Below, piece after piece: positions 1-10,971 of a stretch of DNA of 64,000 nt. Made by a program: the position numbers and the translations under genes. This DNA comes from Candidatus Borrarchaeum weybense (GTDB lineage Archaea > Asgardarchaeota > Sifarchaeia > Borrarchaeales > Borrarchaeaceae). The first letter of the stretch is position 1. Each line of letters opens with the position of its first letter. The notes under the pieces were generated by a model. That model ran no database searches. It saw only the letters and a list, made by a program, of their open reading frames with translations, and was not told the origin of the DNA. The stretch spans positions 288,001-352,000 of the forward strand of contig JAHQJS010000004.1 in the NCBI GenBank assembly GCA_019057385.1. The letters run 5' to 3'.

Positions 1-652
1 CTGCAAATAAAATTGACATCATATTTTGTTTTTGCCAAATTAGCAAAGCGATTGATATTGGAATTAGAAATAAAATGAAAATCAACACTGTCAGACGGTG
101 CGTGAGTAGTAAGAGAAGAAAAAACACGAATGAAAAACTTGACTTCTTAAGTGGTTTTTTGCTGGAAAGATGCTCTACCCATGGATATAGTGAAAAATTC
201 ATGAAGATGAGCCCTAGCATTTCCGGCCAAAGTAGGTTTGTAGCAAATACAAATCTATCTGCAACGAGCCCCAAAAAGATCCCTGTGATAATTGCGATTG
301 AACAACTTTTGGTCAATTTTTGTGTAAAGATCATAACACTTAGTGTAGCTACTGTGCCCAATAATATGGGACTATATTTTGCAACAGATAATAGAGAAGT
401 ACCCGTTAGCAACTTCAGGTATGCAAGAATTATGTGAACCGCAAAATTTGCTCCGTGATATTCCAAATCAATTTTTCCGCTATTTATTAGTTTATCTGCA
501 ACCTGAATGTGAATCCAAGGATCAAAAGCAGAATTAAGGTTTGGGAATCTAATGATGTTATATACTCTGATAAGAAGGGTTGCTAACAAAACTAATCCTA
601 ACATAACGTATGTTGTCTTCTGATGAAACGTCCTACGCCTTATTCTTATCAT
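1..652 (-). CDS. multi-pass membrane protein, probable GT-C type glycosyltransferase (runs off window start)
   Basis: Manual translation from ATG at 652: MIRIRRR...LLATLLIRVYNIIRFPNLNSAFDPWIH..., hydrophobic helices with a DPW motif after TM1; sits among glycosylation genes. Confidence 0.55.
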   Translation of the reverse strand, partial: MIRIRRRTFHQKTTYVMLGLVLLATLLIRVYNIIRFPNLNSAFDPWIHIQVADKLINSGKIDLEYHGANFAVHIILAYLKLLTGTSLLSVAKYSPILLGTVATLSVMIFTQKLTKSCSIAIITGIFLGLVADRFVFATNLLWPEMLGLIFMNFSLYPWVEHLSSKKPLKKSSFSFVFFLLLLLTHRLTVLIFILFLIPISIALLIWQKQNMMSILFA

Positions 653-683
653 TAAAACACCATTCGTTATTGCGAATGCAGTG

Positions 684-1826
684 TTAGATTGTGAGTCCTT
701 TCTTTTTTAGTTCGGCTTCAGCAGTTTCAAATTTGTCGATTACCTTTTCTTTTTCAAGTCCCTTAACCCATGGCAACAAATCTTTAAGACCTTCTTTTAA
801 TTCTATTTCTGGAGAGAATTCTAAATATTTTCGTGCTAATGAGATATCAGCATAACAATGCCTGACATCTCCAATTCTGAATTTCTTAGAGATCACTGGT
901 GAGATGTCTGAATTATATATTTCCAAGATTAACTTAGCCAAGTCTTTTATTGTGATATATGTACCAGTTCCTATATTATAGGCTCTATACGCTGCATTCA
1001 TGCTTTTTAAGGCAAGTAAGTTTGCTTTTGCTATATCTTTAACATGTACGAAATCACGTTTCATGTTACCGTCTTCATAAATTATTGGTTGATTTCCATT
1101 TAAGATTCTGCTTGAGAAGATTGCAGCGACACCTGTATACGGATTTGAAAGTGCTTGTCGAGGACCATAAACATTGAAATATCTAAGAGCAATAGTGGGA
1201 ATACCGTAAGTCTTTCCAATCAGCAGACACATTTCCTCTTGATGTCTTTTAGACATCGCGTAAATCGATGTTGGCTTAAGTGGTTTTTTCTCATCAGTAG
1301 GTGCTGGCGTTGCAATCTTGTTACACTTAGGACAACGAAGTTCCCATTCATTTCTTTTCATTTGCTCATTTGAACGAAGTTCTGGAGAAACTAATCCGCA
1401 ATCTTCACAAGTATATCGTCCTTCTCCATAGATGGACATGGAAGATGCAACAACTAACTTCTTGACATTATGTTCTTTATTAACGAGCATATCCAGAAGA
1501 TTGGCTGTTCCTAAGGTATTAGAGTGGACATATTTTGTAATTTGGTACATGGACTGTCCTACACCTACTGCAGCTGCCTGATGAAATATGGCATCAACAT
1601 CATCAAGCATTTCATTAAGATCTTCTTGGACTCTTAAATCTCTTTTTTGGAACGTTGCTGAAGAATTAAGATATTCAGGAGGAGTTTGTCTAGATCCGTG
1701 AACCTGTTCTTCGAGATTATCAAAAATAATTACGTTATAACCTTCTTCAATCAATAAGTCCACGATATATGATCCAATGAATCCTGCTCCTCCGGTAACC
1801 AGAACATTTTCTATTCCTGATGGCAT
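684..1826 (-). CDS. NAD-dependent nucleotide-sugar epimerase/dehydratase
   Basis: VTGGAGFIG, YAMSK (YxxxK), LRYFNVYGP. Confidence 0.92.
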   Translation of the reverse strand: MPSGIENVLVTGGAGFIGSYIVDLLIEEGYNVIIFDNLEEQVHGSRQTPPEYLNSSATFQKRDLRVQEDLNEMLDDVDAIFHQAAAVGVGQSMYQITKYVHSNTLGTANLLDMLVNKEHNVKKLVVASSMSIYGEGRYTCEDCGLVSPELRSNEQMKRNEWELRCPKCNKIATPAPTDEKKPLKPTSIYAMSKRHQEEMCLLIGKTYGIPTIALRYFNVYGPRQALSNPYTGVAAIFSSRILNGNQPIIYEDGNMKRDFVHVKDIAKANLLALKSMNAAYRAYNIGTGTYITIKDLAKLILEIYNSDISPVISKKFRIGDVRHCYADISLARKYLEFSPEIELKEGLKDLLPWVKGLEKEKVIDKFETAEAELKKKGLTI

Positions 1827-1910
1827 TAAAATACTTCCTAAAGGCTTTTGAGTATCTAATTAAGCTATCTTTAATAACTGTTTCTCTTTAAAACTCAAAT
1901 TGGCAAAGAA

Positions 1911-2783
1911 TTACGAAATTAGCTGAAAGTCAATTTCTAAAGATGCCTTAGTTAAATTGACTTCTTTCTTCATTTGAACAGGTTTTTTTGTGACTTCTGC
2001 TATTATACCTGCTAATGCGCCACACAGCGGACAACTAATCTTTTTACAATCAAAATCGCTCTTTGTGATTTCTTCACATACGGCTACAAATCTGTTACCT
2101 TCTATCTTTACAGAGAAGTTATTTGACTCCTGACTAATGGTCACTATATCTGCTATTTCAAGGCCCTCAGTCATAAGCGGTGGTAAATATTCGCAAAGAA
2201 AGTCGGTGGAAATTCTACTAAAATCTATTGCAAGTTCTTCTTCCATGAGCCCAAGTAGACTATCTCCCATCGAAGGTATGATAAGTCCTTTTCCAGGAAA
2301 TATTAGTTTGTTTTCAGAGTAAAAATTGGGTATGTCCTTATCATCTTGGTTAAAAGGTAAAAACATTTTTCCCTTTTCGCCATCCTTATTTGGTGGTAAA
2401 TAAATTTCAGATCCTTGCACATCAAATTGTTTTACTATGGAATATATCACCTTAATTGGAGCGAAGATAGTTGTTCCCACAACATCTCCTTTTATTGAAT
2501 CTCCAATCCTTGAAAAAAGAAGAGAAAAACCAGTAAAAAAGAGCATAATACCAATTATTTCTAAAATGGGGTTCCAAGCTTCGAAGGCATAGATCATGGC
2601 CAAGAGTGCACTTGTAACGAGGATTGCGCCACCAACTCTAGTTAATTGTAGTCTTGAGAGCCATATCTTCTTAATTAATGTTGCTTTTTCCCTTCTATGT
2701 TTCTCTTCTATTCTAGACTTCTCCGCCAGTACTTTGAGAATTTCCTCGTCATTAGTAGTAGCTTTCGTTTCTTTTTCTGTCAT
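1911..2783 (-). CDS. hypothetical membrane protein (2 TM, C-terminal Cys motif)
   Basis: 290 aa ORF with two hydrophobic segments and a C-terminal CPLC. Confidence 0.6.
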   Translation of the reverse strand: MTEKETKATTNDEEILKVLAEKSRIEEKHRREKATLIKKIWLSRLQLTRVGGAILVTSALLAMIYAFEAWNPILEIIGIMLFFTGFSLLFSRIGDSIKGDVVGTTIFAPIKVIYSIVKQFDVQGSEIYLPPNKDGEKGKMFLPFNQDDKDIPNFYSENKLIFPGKGLIIPSMGDSLLGLMEEELAIDFSRISTDFLCEYLPPLMTEGLEIADIVTISQESNNFSVKIEGNRFVAVCEEITKSDFDCKKISCPLCGALAGIIAEVTKKPVQMKKEVNLTKASLEIDFQLIS

Positions 2784-3067
2784 AATTCCAGCCTGCTAAT
2801 TCTTGTGGTCTTATTTCTGTCTTCATTTGTTATATTAGAATTTCAATCTTGCGTATCTTACTTATCGTTTCATTTTTAAAATACTAATTTCTAATTGCGC
2901 GCGCTCTCTATAATAGTAGACATTATTTTAAAAGATAAAATATTAAGGAACAAAAAATATAATATGCGTTAATCTGTATGCCCATCTACTTTCAGTAGTA
3001 ATCAATACGATATGTTTATCTTATAAATGGCATGATATACCGATGGTTTTACAATTTGGTGTAAATA

Positions 3068-4108
3068 ATGGGTAATCCAAAGATTTGGTTCGATATTGGT
3101 ACTCCTTTTAATTGTAATCTCGTCGACGCTATTTTACAACACCTTGGCGATTTTTCTGAAACTCTTATTACTTGTCGAGATCACGATCACATTATTGATA
3201 TTCTATCTGCTAAAAAGATGGATTTCATTCCTATTGGAAAACACGGAGGTAAAAGCCTAAAAGGTAAATTAAAAGCATACGCTGAACGTGTGACATTATT
3301 GGCTGATGTTGTTGAAAAAGAAAAACCTAATCTTTTGATTACTGAACGTGATCCAAGTGCTGTGAGAACGGCATTTGGTTTTGGTACCCCTGCATGGACC
3401 GTTTTTTATGATGAACGGGAATATCACACTAATTGGATGGTTTTTCCACTCTCCAATAGAATTTTTGTACCTAGCTTTTATGATTCTCCCGAGCTGGTGC
3501 AAAATGGAGTAACTCTCAACAGAGTTACATGGTTTAATGGTTTTCATACCGCATTTTTAAAAGATGAATGGTCTCAACTTAGTGCAAAGAACTCTTCTTC
3601 ACACGATAAATTAAAGATACTCATACGACCAGAATTTGAATTTGCAACGTTTTTTAATACCGAAAAAAACCCCATACTGGAACAAGTTGTTGATCTTCTC
3701 ATAGCGAATGATCATAACGCTGAACTTTTAATATTTCCAAGAACTGAATCACAACGAGAACTATTTTCTAAATATCCTGGCGTTATATTTATTGAAGAAA
3801 ATACAATGGATTGTCCAGTGCTTGATGTAGATTTAGTGATCGGTGCAGCAGAGACTATGTTAATGGAAGCGTTTGTACTTTTGAAACCTGCAATTTCAGC
3901 AATATACTGGACACAATCTAAACCAGTTCAATATCTATTGCAGTATATCGATCACAGCACGGATCCGAAATCTGTTGTTCAACTTGCAGAAAAATATTTT
4001 GATAAGAATGAACGAGAGAAATTCAGTCACAAAGCGAAAGAAGTTGTGGATAAGATGGATAACTTGGGTCTTCTGATGGCAGAAGAAGTGAAAAAGCATT
4101 TCTCGTGA
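3068..4108 (+). CDS. DUF354 family glycosyltransferase-like protein
   Basis: KIWFDIGTP, ITCRD, IGKHGGKSLKGKL, TMLMEA motifs. Confidence 0.8.
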   Translation: MGNPKIWFDIGTPFNCNLVDAILQHLGDFSETLITCRDHDHIIDILSAKKMDFIPIGKHGGKSLKGKLKAYAERVTLLADVVEKEKPNLLITERDPSAVRTAFGFGTPAWTVFYDEREYHTNWMVFPLSNRIFVPSFYDSPELVQNGVTLNRVTWFNGFHTAFLKDEWSQLSAKNSSSHDKLKILIRPEFEFATFFNTEKNPILEQVVDLLIANDHNAELLIFPRTESQRELFSKYPGVIFIEENTMDCPVLDVDLVIGAAETMLMEAFVLLKPAISAIYWTQSKPVQYLLQYIDHSTDPKSVVQLAEKYFDKNEREKFSHKAKEVVDKMDNLGLLMAEEVKKHFS

Positions 4109-4153
4109 ATCCATTTCTCAAAGCATAAGAAAATTGAAAAAAAGAGATTTTGG

Positions 4154-5017
4154 CTAAAAGAACTTCTTCAGCAAATCCTTGAACTGAGATGGGTTATGTG
4201 CTTTTTGTAGATCCACTAGCGTCCCTTTTTGAAGAGGTACATAGTCATCCTTTAGAATAGGTCTTTTAAAAAGAGAGATCACTCCAATAGGAATTTTTTC
4301 ACCCCATTCTTGAGATTTTTGAAACGCAGCCAACTTGTCTGTAGGATCATAGTCGTCGCCCAATTTATACACGCGTTCACGATACCATTGGTAAGTATTG
4401 AGCTTGTTCCAAGTAACACAGGGTTGTAAAATGTCCACAAAAGCAAAGCCCTTATGTGTAATCGCCTTTTTCAAGATTTCTTTTGTAAAATCTACATCGC
4501 CAGCGAAAGATCGCGCGACGAAAGAGCAATCAAGTGCGATTGCCATCGCTAATGGATTCATTGGAGGTATTTTTATGCCAACAGGTTCATCTTTTGTTTT
4601 CATCCCATAATCGGTTGTTGGGGACGCCTGTCCTTTTGTAAGGCCGTAGATTTGGTTATTCGTAACCATATACATCATATTCGGATTCCGTCGTATCGCA
4701 TTTATCCAATGATTACCGCCTTCGCCGTAACCATCTCCATCTCCACCTACTCCAATAACAACTAATTCGTGATTTGCGAGGCTTAATCCTGTAGCTGCTG
4801 GCAGTAAACGACCATGAAGTTCGTTGTATTCACTAACTCTCAGATAGTGCGGCAGTTTGGAACTTTGACCAATTCCAGAAACCATTGCAACTTGCCACGG
4901 CTCTAGATTTAGTTCAACAAGTGCCTGTTTTAGAGCATCAAGGATCGGAAAGTTTCCGCACCCTGGACACCAAGCAATATCTTTTACTCTAGATTCATAA
5001 TCTTCAAGTGTGACCAT
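4154..5017 (-). CDS. 2-oxoacid:ferredoxin oxidoreductase beta subunit
   Basis: WCPGCG, GDGD TPP motif, NNQIYGLTKGQASPT. Confidence 0.95.
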   Translation of the reverse strand: MVTLEDYESRVKDIAWCPGCGNFPILDALKQALVELNLEPWQVAMVSGIGQSSKLPHYLRVSEYNELHGRLLPAATGLSLANHELVVIGVGGDGDGYGEGGNHWINAIRRNPNMMYMVTNNQIYGLTKGQASPTTDYGMKTKDEPVGIKIPPMNPLAMAIALDCSFVARSFAGDVDFTKEILKKAITHKGFAFVDILQPCVTWNKLNTYQWYRERVYKLGDDYDPTDKLAAFQKSQEWGEKIPIGVISLFKRPILKDDYVPLQKGTLVDLQKAHNPSQFKDLLKKFF

Positions 5018-6763
5018 TTAAACCACCATCCTCCTTTTTATTTCTTCAACTATGTTTTCTGGGGCAAACGGCCTCCCATCGTATTTATTTATTCTACCGC
5101 TTGGCAATTTACCGGTATAAGCTCGAATTATATTAGCGTACTGCCCAGTATAGTTATTTTCTACTACGAAACTTCTCTTTGCTTTTGCAACAAAGTCCCC
5201 AACTGCTTTATGAACTGGAAATACTTCAGTGGCATGCATCATATTGGTAATTATCCCTTCTTCGATTAGTATATCTACAGCTTCTCTGATGGAGCCATAG
5301 GTTGATCCCCACCCAATAAGAGAGATGTCCGCCGTTTCAGGTCCATATATTAAAGGTTCTTGTATTTCTTTCATCAGTGCATCTAATTTTCGCATTCGTT
5401 TTTCCAGTTGCTCATTTCGTGTTTCAGCGTCTTCGATAATATGCCCATATTCATCATGTTCATCTCCAGCAGTGGCTACAATAATTCCTTTTGTCCCTGG
5501 AAAGGCTCTAGGAGAAACACCTGACTCTGTGACGAGGTGAGTTTTGAAATCCATGCTTGCTTTTAATTGCTCATCAATGGCCATTGGTCCTCTATCTATC
5601 TTTATTTCGTCAATGCTGAAGTCGGCAGGATCAACTGAGCGATAAGAGTCTGCTAAATGTTGATCTTGAAGAATTACTACTGGCACATGATATTTTTCAG
5701 CAATATTGAACGCTTTCACAGTCAATCTAAACGCCTCTTCTTGACAACTAGGCGCAAAAATAACTCTGGGAAATTCACCATGGCCTGCATGCAGTACATA
5801 TTCTAAATCACTTTGTTCAGTACGGGTAGGCAGACCTGTTGCGGGTCCTGGTCTACTTACCAATGCAACAACGATTGGTGTCTCTGTAGCACCCGCCAAA
5901 CTAAATCCTTCGTTCATAAGGGCAAAGCCTCCACCAGATGTCGTCGTCATAGTTCTAACTCCTCCGTAGGCCGCCCCAAGAGCCATATTTATTGAAGCAA
6001 GTTCATCTTCTGTTTGTACAAAAACAAAGTCATCATGGGCTAACGCTTTCATGGTAACCCAAATGCTTGTGCTAGGCGTCATCGGGTAAGCACTTACGAA
6101 TTTACAGCCTGCAAATAGAGCACCAAGACCAACCGCTTCATTAGAAGTCAAAACCATTTTCTTTGGAGCAGTTCTAGGTTTGATGGTATAGCAGCAAGTT
6201 CCTTTGTAATTTTTTTGTGTAAACTCATAGCCTGACCTTGCCGCTTTCACGTTTTCGTCGATTATCGTTTGTCCTTTTTTCTTAAACTCATCAGTTATTA
6301 AGCCCGTTAGAATATCGAAATCGAATTCAATCAGACCTAGAGCGGCTCCCATGGCAACAGTGTTCACATAAAGTTTGTTCCCAGCCTCTACTGCAAGATT
6401 CATTAACGGGACATCAAAAATATCATGGATACGTTCTACCTCGGGGTCTACCTCTCTCAACTGTCTGTCACAAATGATAACGCTGTTCGGAACCATTACG
6501 TCTTGATGAATTTCAATTGTACGATCGTCTAAGGCGATGAGCACGTTGACTTCATTGGGTGCAGTATAAACAGGCTTGTCACTTAGTCGTAAATGAAAAA
6601 AACTGTGTCCTCCACGAATTCTGGATTCGTAATCTTGATGTGTAAAGATATGATAGCCGCCGCGTGCAAAAGTTTTCGATAAAATCCCACCGATAGATTG
6701 TACACCCTGTCCTGCTGCGCCTCCTACACGAAAATTCAAATCAATACTAAACTCTGTACTCAA
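5018..6763 (-). CDS. 2-oxoacid:ferredoxin oxidoreductase alpha (gamma-alpha fusion) subunit
   Basis: GGAAGQG, YESRIRGGH, YPMTP, EDELA, RPGPATGLPT. Confidence 0.95.
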   Translation of the reverse strand: MSTEFSIDLNFRVGGAAGQGVQSIGGILSKTFARGGYHIFTHQDYESRIRGGHSFFHLRLSDKPVYTAPNEVNVLIALDDRTIEIHQDVMVPNSVIICDRQLREVDPEVERIHDIFDVPLMNLAVEAGNKLYVNTVAMGAALGLIEFDFDILTGLITDEFKKKGQTIIDENVKAARSGYEFTQKNYKGTCCYTIKPRTAPKKMVLTSNEAVGLGALFAGCKFVSAYPMTPSTSIWVTMKALAHDDFVFVQTEDELASINMALGAAYGGVRTMTTTSGGGFALMNEGFSLAGATETPIVVALVSRPGPATGLPTRTEQSDLEYVLHAGHGEFPRVIFAPSCQEEAFRLTVKAFNIAEKYHVPVVILQDQHLADSYRSVDPADFSIDEIKIDRGPMAIDEQLKASMDFKTHLVTESGVSPRAFPGTKGIIVATAGDEHDEYGHIIEDAETRNEQLEKRMRKLDALMKEIQEPLIYGPETADISLIGWGSTYGSIREAVDILIEEGIITNMMHATEVFPVHKAVGDFVAKAKRSFVVENNYTGQYANIIRAYTGKLPSGRINKYDGRPFAPENIVEEIKRRMVV

Positions 6764-6971
6764 AATACTCTATCCTCCCTACTATTATCTAGGGCGAAAA
6801 ATAACTAAAATTGAACTCATTTTTGACTTTTCTGTTTTTTATAGTTATGCGTCTGCGCAATCAATTAGTATCCACCAGGGAGCTTATACCATTGGTCTCG
6901 TTGCGTAAATCACAAACTTTATTGTTTAGGGCATATGTAATCAAAATAACTAATATTTAGAGGTAATAACT

Positions 6972-7307
6972 TTGTCAAGAATAAGGTTTATTTCGATTGA
7001 AAAACTTCTTGAGATGCAAGCCAATGATCAGGACTTTAAGCTTATAGATGTTCTATCAGAAAATAGCTATAATGAGAGTCATATACCTGGAGCGATTAAT
7101 ATTCCAGTTGATAATCTGAATGAAGATACTCTTTTAGAAAAACAAATTACGCAAGAAGATACAATTATTGTTTACTGTGCTAGTTATGCTTGTCCAAAAA
7201 GCACAAAAGCAGCTAAAAGGCTTTTAGAAATGGGCTATAAAAAAACTTTCGACTTTAAGGCCGGCAAGAGAGAATGGAGACGTGCTGGTCTTCAATTAGA
7301 GAAATGA
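6972..7307 (+). CDS. rhodanese-like domain protein
   Basis: HIPGAINIP, VYCAS. Confidence 0.85.
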   Translation: MSRIRFISIEKLLEMQANDQDFKLIDVLSENSYNESHIPGAINIPVDNLNEDTLLEKQITQEDTIIVYCASYACPKSTKAAKRLLEMGYKKTFDFKAGKREWRRAGLQLEK

Positions 7308-7324
7308 TGTCTTCATTTCACAAT

Positions 7325-8455
7325 TTAAATGGCAATACCGACCAGACTACCTATGATGTATGTAATTATCGCTGCACCAGTACCGATCAAAAACATCTCA
7401 ATTCCGCTCTTCCAGGGGTTTCTTCCGGTCGCAAGTGTTCTGCCTATACCAATGAAGAAAAAGCCTCCCAGGCTCATTATAATTGAAATGTAGAACGCCC
7501 AAATACCAGGAAATATTATCCATGGAACAATAGGGATAAGAGCACCAAACGTAAAAAAGATACCAGAAGTTATTCCTGCTTTAAGTGGGCTTCCTAACTC
7601 CTCTGGAGCAAATCCTAATTCCTCACGTGCCATAGTGTCAAGGGCTGATCCTTTATCTGTAAAAATCTGTTTTGCCATCTCCCTAGCATGCTCTGGGTCA
7701 ACACCCTTCAATTCGTATCTTAGAGCTAACTCTTCCATTTCCAACTCTGGCATTGCAGTTATTTCGTATTTTTCCATTTCAAGGTGCTTTTCCATTACTT
7801 CTTTTTCAGCACGTGTTGAAACAAATGCACCTGCAGCCATACTTATTGCTCCAGCAATCGCTCCAGCAACACCTGCAAGTAAAACTATGGTATTTCCTAC
7901 TGCAGCACCGCTAACGCCAGCGACAAGGCTGAATGTTGATAATAATCCATCATTCATGCCGAAGATTGCGTCACGAATAGAACCGCCACCATGATGCCAT
8001 CTTTCCCCTGCAATAGGATCATCTTCAAATTGTCCACTCATTTCAGAGAGCACGGCAAAATGACTTTTTTCGTCTATTGCTATGGAACTTAGATTCTCTT
8101 TGAGTCCTTTTTCTATAGCTTCCGATGCATGCTTTGCATAGCCTGCTATAGCCTCATCTTCTCCTCTCACAAGGCTTCTTAAAAGAGACGTATGACCAAA
8201 TATTCTTCCAAAAAGACTAAGGAATCGTGTTCTCCATCTTGGCTTGAATTTTAGTTTGGTTGTATCAACTCCTAGCTTCTCCATTTCTATCTCTAGTAAC
8301 TCGGCATGCCCTTTCTCAATTTCAGCTAGTTTTTTGTAAACATTTTTCTTCTTCAGATCTGTTTCACTTGAAGCCATCTGTTCATACAACATCGATGCTT
8401 CTTTCTCATCGTTCCAACTGTCTATCAAGAATTTCTTCAGTTGGGATTCATTCAT
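7325..8455 (-). CDS. rubrerythrin/ferritin-like domain fused to VIT1/CCC1 iron exporter
   Basis: ExxH motifs at the N-terminus; IRDAIFGMNDGL and AISMAAG VIT1 motifs. Confidence 0.88.
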   Translation of the reverse strand: MNESQLKKFLIDSWNDEKEASMLYEQMASSETDLKKKNVYKKLAEIEKGHAELLEIEMEKLGVDTTKLKFKPRWRTRFLSLFGRIFGHTSLLRSLVRGEDEAIAGYAKHASEAIEKGLKENLSSIAIDEKSHFAVLSEMSGQFEDDPIAGERWHHGGGSIRDAIFGMNDGLLSTFSLVAGVSGAAVGNTIVLLAGVAGAIAGAISMAAGAFVSTRAEKEVMEKHLEMEKYEITAMPELEMEELALRYELKGVDPEHAREMAKQIFTDKGSALDTMAREELGFAPEELGSPLKAGITSGIFFTFGALIPIVPWIIFPGIWAFYISIIMSLGGFFFIGIGRTLATGRNPWKSGIEMFLIGTGAAIITYIIGSLVGIAI

Positions 8456-8630
8456 TCGAATTCCTCGCCTGTGAATAGGATGCCCTCTCTTTTAATTTTA
8501 ATCATTTCGTCAAGAACATTCCACTGTCATATTTTTTATGCCAATGAAAGAATTTAGTTGAAGAAAATAATTGAAGACAGATGCTCAAAAATGATATTTC
8601 GTTTAACTTCATTTTCAGTGCATCTTTCCA

Positions 8631-9407
8631 TTAATCGGCTACATATCTAGGATACGTTTTTTTTGCATCTTGAGCAATTTTTAGGTCGATTTCTCGCGTG
8701 ATGAAGGGCTCTTGATCTGAAGTTACGCCCAGAACGTTACCTTCAGGGTCAATGATCCAACCCTGTCCTCCAAATCTTATATTTTTGTTCTGAGTATCTT
8801 CTCCAGTACGATTTGATGATAGATTATATGCCCCTCCAATCATTGCTGAGACTCTTCCGGCAGCAAGCCACTTATCTCTGGTAATTACTTTAGTTGCACG
8901 TGGATTTACAATAATATGTGCACCTTGTTTACAATAACTCCTACTAAGCTCCATGAACCAAATTTCTGTACAGATTACAAAGCCAATCCGTGCTTCACCA
9001 CATAACACAGTTGTATAGTCTTTTGTTCCAATATCGTACCAAGAGGCTTCCCAATATTCTTTTTGATCTGGTACATTATGTTTTTGATGAAACTCAATAA
9101 TTTCGTCATTTTCGGACCAGACAAATGCTTTGTTGTAGCGTTTGTCGCCCTCATTGACCGGTCTAGTACCAAGTACGTAAGGGCATTTTAATTCATGAAG
9201 ACGTTTCATCCATCCATCGTGCGCTAGAATAGCAGCCTGCCATTGTTCATTATTAAACTCAGGTCTAGCAGCAAACCATTCATAGAACGGCATTTCTGGC
9301 AGTAGCACTAGGTTACTTTTTTCTTGTTGAACATGTGCCTTTAGCATTTTCCAGTCTTTCGTAAATAAATCAGGTTTGTTATTTAATTGGCAGACGGTGA
9401 TCTTCAT
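8631..9407 (-). CDS. carbon-nitrogen hydrolase family protein
   Basis: LPE, K and ICTE catalytic triad pattern. Confidence 0.88.
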   Translation of the reverse strand: MKITVCQLNNKPDLFTKDWKMLKAHVQQEKSNLVLLPEMPFYEWFAARPEFNNEQWQAAILAHDGWMKRLHELKCPYVLGTRPVNEGDKRYNKAFVWSENDEIIEFHQKHNVPDQKEYWEASWYDIGTKDYTTVLCGEARIGFVICTEIWFMELSRSYCKQGAHIIVNPRATKVITRDKWLAAGRVSAMIGGAYNLSSNRTGEDTQNKNIRFGGQGWIIDPEGNVLGVTSDQEPFITREIDLKIAQDAKKTYPRYVAD

Positions 9408-9644
9408 ATTTTATCCACTCTAGTTAGTTTTGCCCCATATTTTGTAAAAGGAATGTTAAAAACTATCTTTTACCTATTTTGGTTTTTGAATTGCATCAAA
9501 CTCCTCTTTCATGCAATTCATAACTTATAAAAAATTATTTTTAATTTCCTAAAATTGATATTAACAGAAATCACGTCAATTTGCTCTTGAAACCATCTAC
9601 TCAAATATTAACTGAAAAAAATGAAATAAAAAAACTTTAAAGTT

Positions 9645-10061
9645 TCATTTGTTTTGTAATAGTTCTAGCATTTCACCAATTGTTATAATTTTTAGTTCTC
9701 TGAATTCCTTTAAGGCTAAAAGATGTTTATCACCTGTCACAATATATTCTGCTTTTCCATCATACGCTGTTCTTAACACAATATCGTTATCGGGGTCTTC
9801 TTTTATAACCTCAAAATTTGACTTTATTATTATGAAATGTGCTAGACTTGCTAAAGCTCTTGTAAATTCAGCGATTTCCCTTTCGTCTACATATTCTTGA
9901 AAATACTCTCGACTAGCTACATTTATGAATTCATTAAGGATTTCTATTGATAGAATTAGCATAAATTTATTCTTGTAGGCTTGACGTAAAAGTGTTCTAG
10001 GTTTACCTTTACTGATTAAGGCGGAGATTAAGACATTGGTGTCCAGGAGCACTCTGAGCAT
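9645..10061 (-). CDS. PIN-domain toxin (VapC-like)
   Basis: VLLDTNVLIS, DPDND, IVTGDKHLL. Confidence 0.88.
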   Translation of the reverse strand: MLRVLLDTNVLISALISKGKPRTLLRQAYKNKFMLILSIEILNEFINVASREYFQEYVDEREIAEFTRALASLAHFIIIKSNFEVIKEDPDNDIVLRTAYDGKAEYIVTGDKHLLALKEFRELKIITIGEMLELLQNK

Positions 10062-10077
10062 TCATCTACGCCTTTTT

Positions 10078-10356
10078 TCACTTTTCCTTTCTATAGTTTT
10101 GAATCTCTTCTAGAATTTCATCTTCTGTTAGCTTACGCTTGTCCGCTGATTTTTTATCTATCTCATCCCATAGAGTTTCCAGTTCGCGTTCCACATCCGG
10201 CAGTTCAAGTCTCTTCATGATTATTGTGTCTCCATAACCATAAACCAATAATTTTGTCTCAGGTGTTAATCCAAGCATATCTCGCAGTTTTTGCGGGATG
10301 ATAACTTGTCCTTTCTCACTTATGGTAGTGATCTCAGGCTCACTCATCCATATCAC
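10078..10356 (-). CDS. AbrB/MazE/SpoVT-type antitoxin
   Basis: TISEKGQVIIPQKLRDMLGL; directly upstream of the PIN gene. Confidence 0.88.
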   Translation of the reverse strand: MIWMSEPEITTISEKGQVIIPQKLRDMLGLTPETKLLVYGYGDTIIMKRLELPDVERELETLWDEIDKKSADKRKLTEDEILEEIQNYRKEK

Positions 10357-10427
10357 CGTCTGACAATATTATTTTACGCTCTTGTCTAAAAGATACGTTT
10401 ATTTCGCTTTTTTATAGCCTCAGAACA

Positions 10428-10640
10428 TTAATAAAGATGCTGATTCTCAGGAATTCCTTTCTTTAATCTCTCTTTGATTTCCTCAAAAGATAGTGTAATC
10501 TCATCTCGACGTTCAGCAATAATAGCGAGGTCATGTAGATCTGCCAAGAGTTCTTCATATTCTTGGATTGGAAGAACTACTGCTGTTTTTTGGCCGTTTT
10601 CGTCTACAATATATTTTGTTTGGGAGTTCGTGTCACTCAT
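10428..10640 (-). CDS. putative antitoxin (RelB/addiction-module-like), no adjacent cognate toxin
   Basis: YIVDENGQKTAVVLPIQEYEELL pattern. Confidence 0.6.
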   Translation of the reverse strand: MSDTNSQTKYIVDENGQKTAVVLPIQEYEELLADLHDLAIIAERRDEITLSFEEIKERLKKGIPENQHLY

Positions 10641-10971
10641 GTTATCATCCTTCTAATCTTAGTAAGATCTAATTCGGTTAAATGTTTTGTCACTATATTT
10701 CAATAGGGATAATTGCGGCGATGCTAATTTTTGTGAGTTTTCAGTTATTAAATAGAAGGATTTTATGAGTTTAAGGAAGAGTAAACGGTTAGTTTTTTTG
10801 CTTCAAGAGTGCTTCTTTCTATAGTCATATATGTCTAAGTGCAGTATTATTTTTGCTAGGGTCGAAAGGAAAATTTAGAGCTAGTCACAAGTTTCCTCTG
10901 AAACCTAGACGAATTTGCCCTTATGATAAGTTTAAAGACTTAGAGTTGAGATCAAATTAATAGAAGTGTGA

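Noticed and set aside
75-437. 120-aa plus-strand ORF and the many other short antisense ORFs in the track
   Set aside because: Shadows of longer, motif-bearing genes on the opposite strand.
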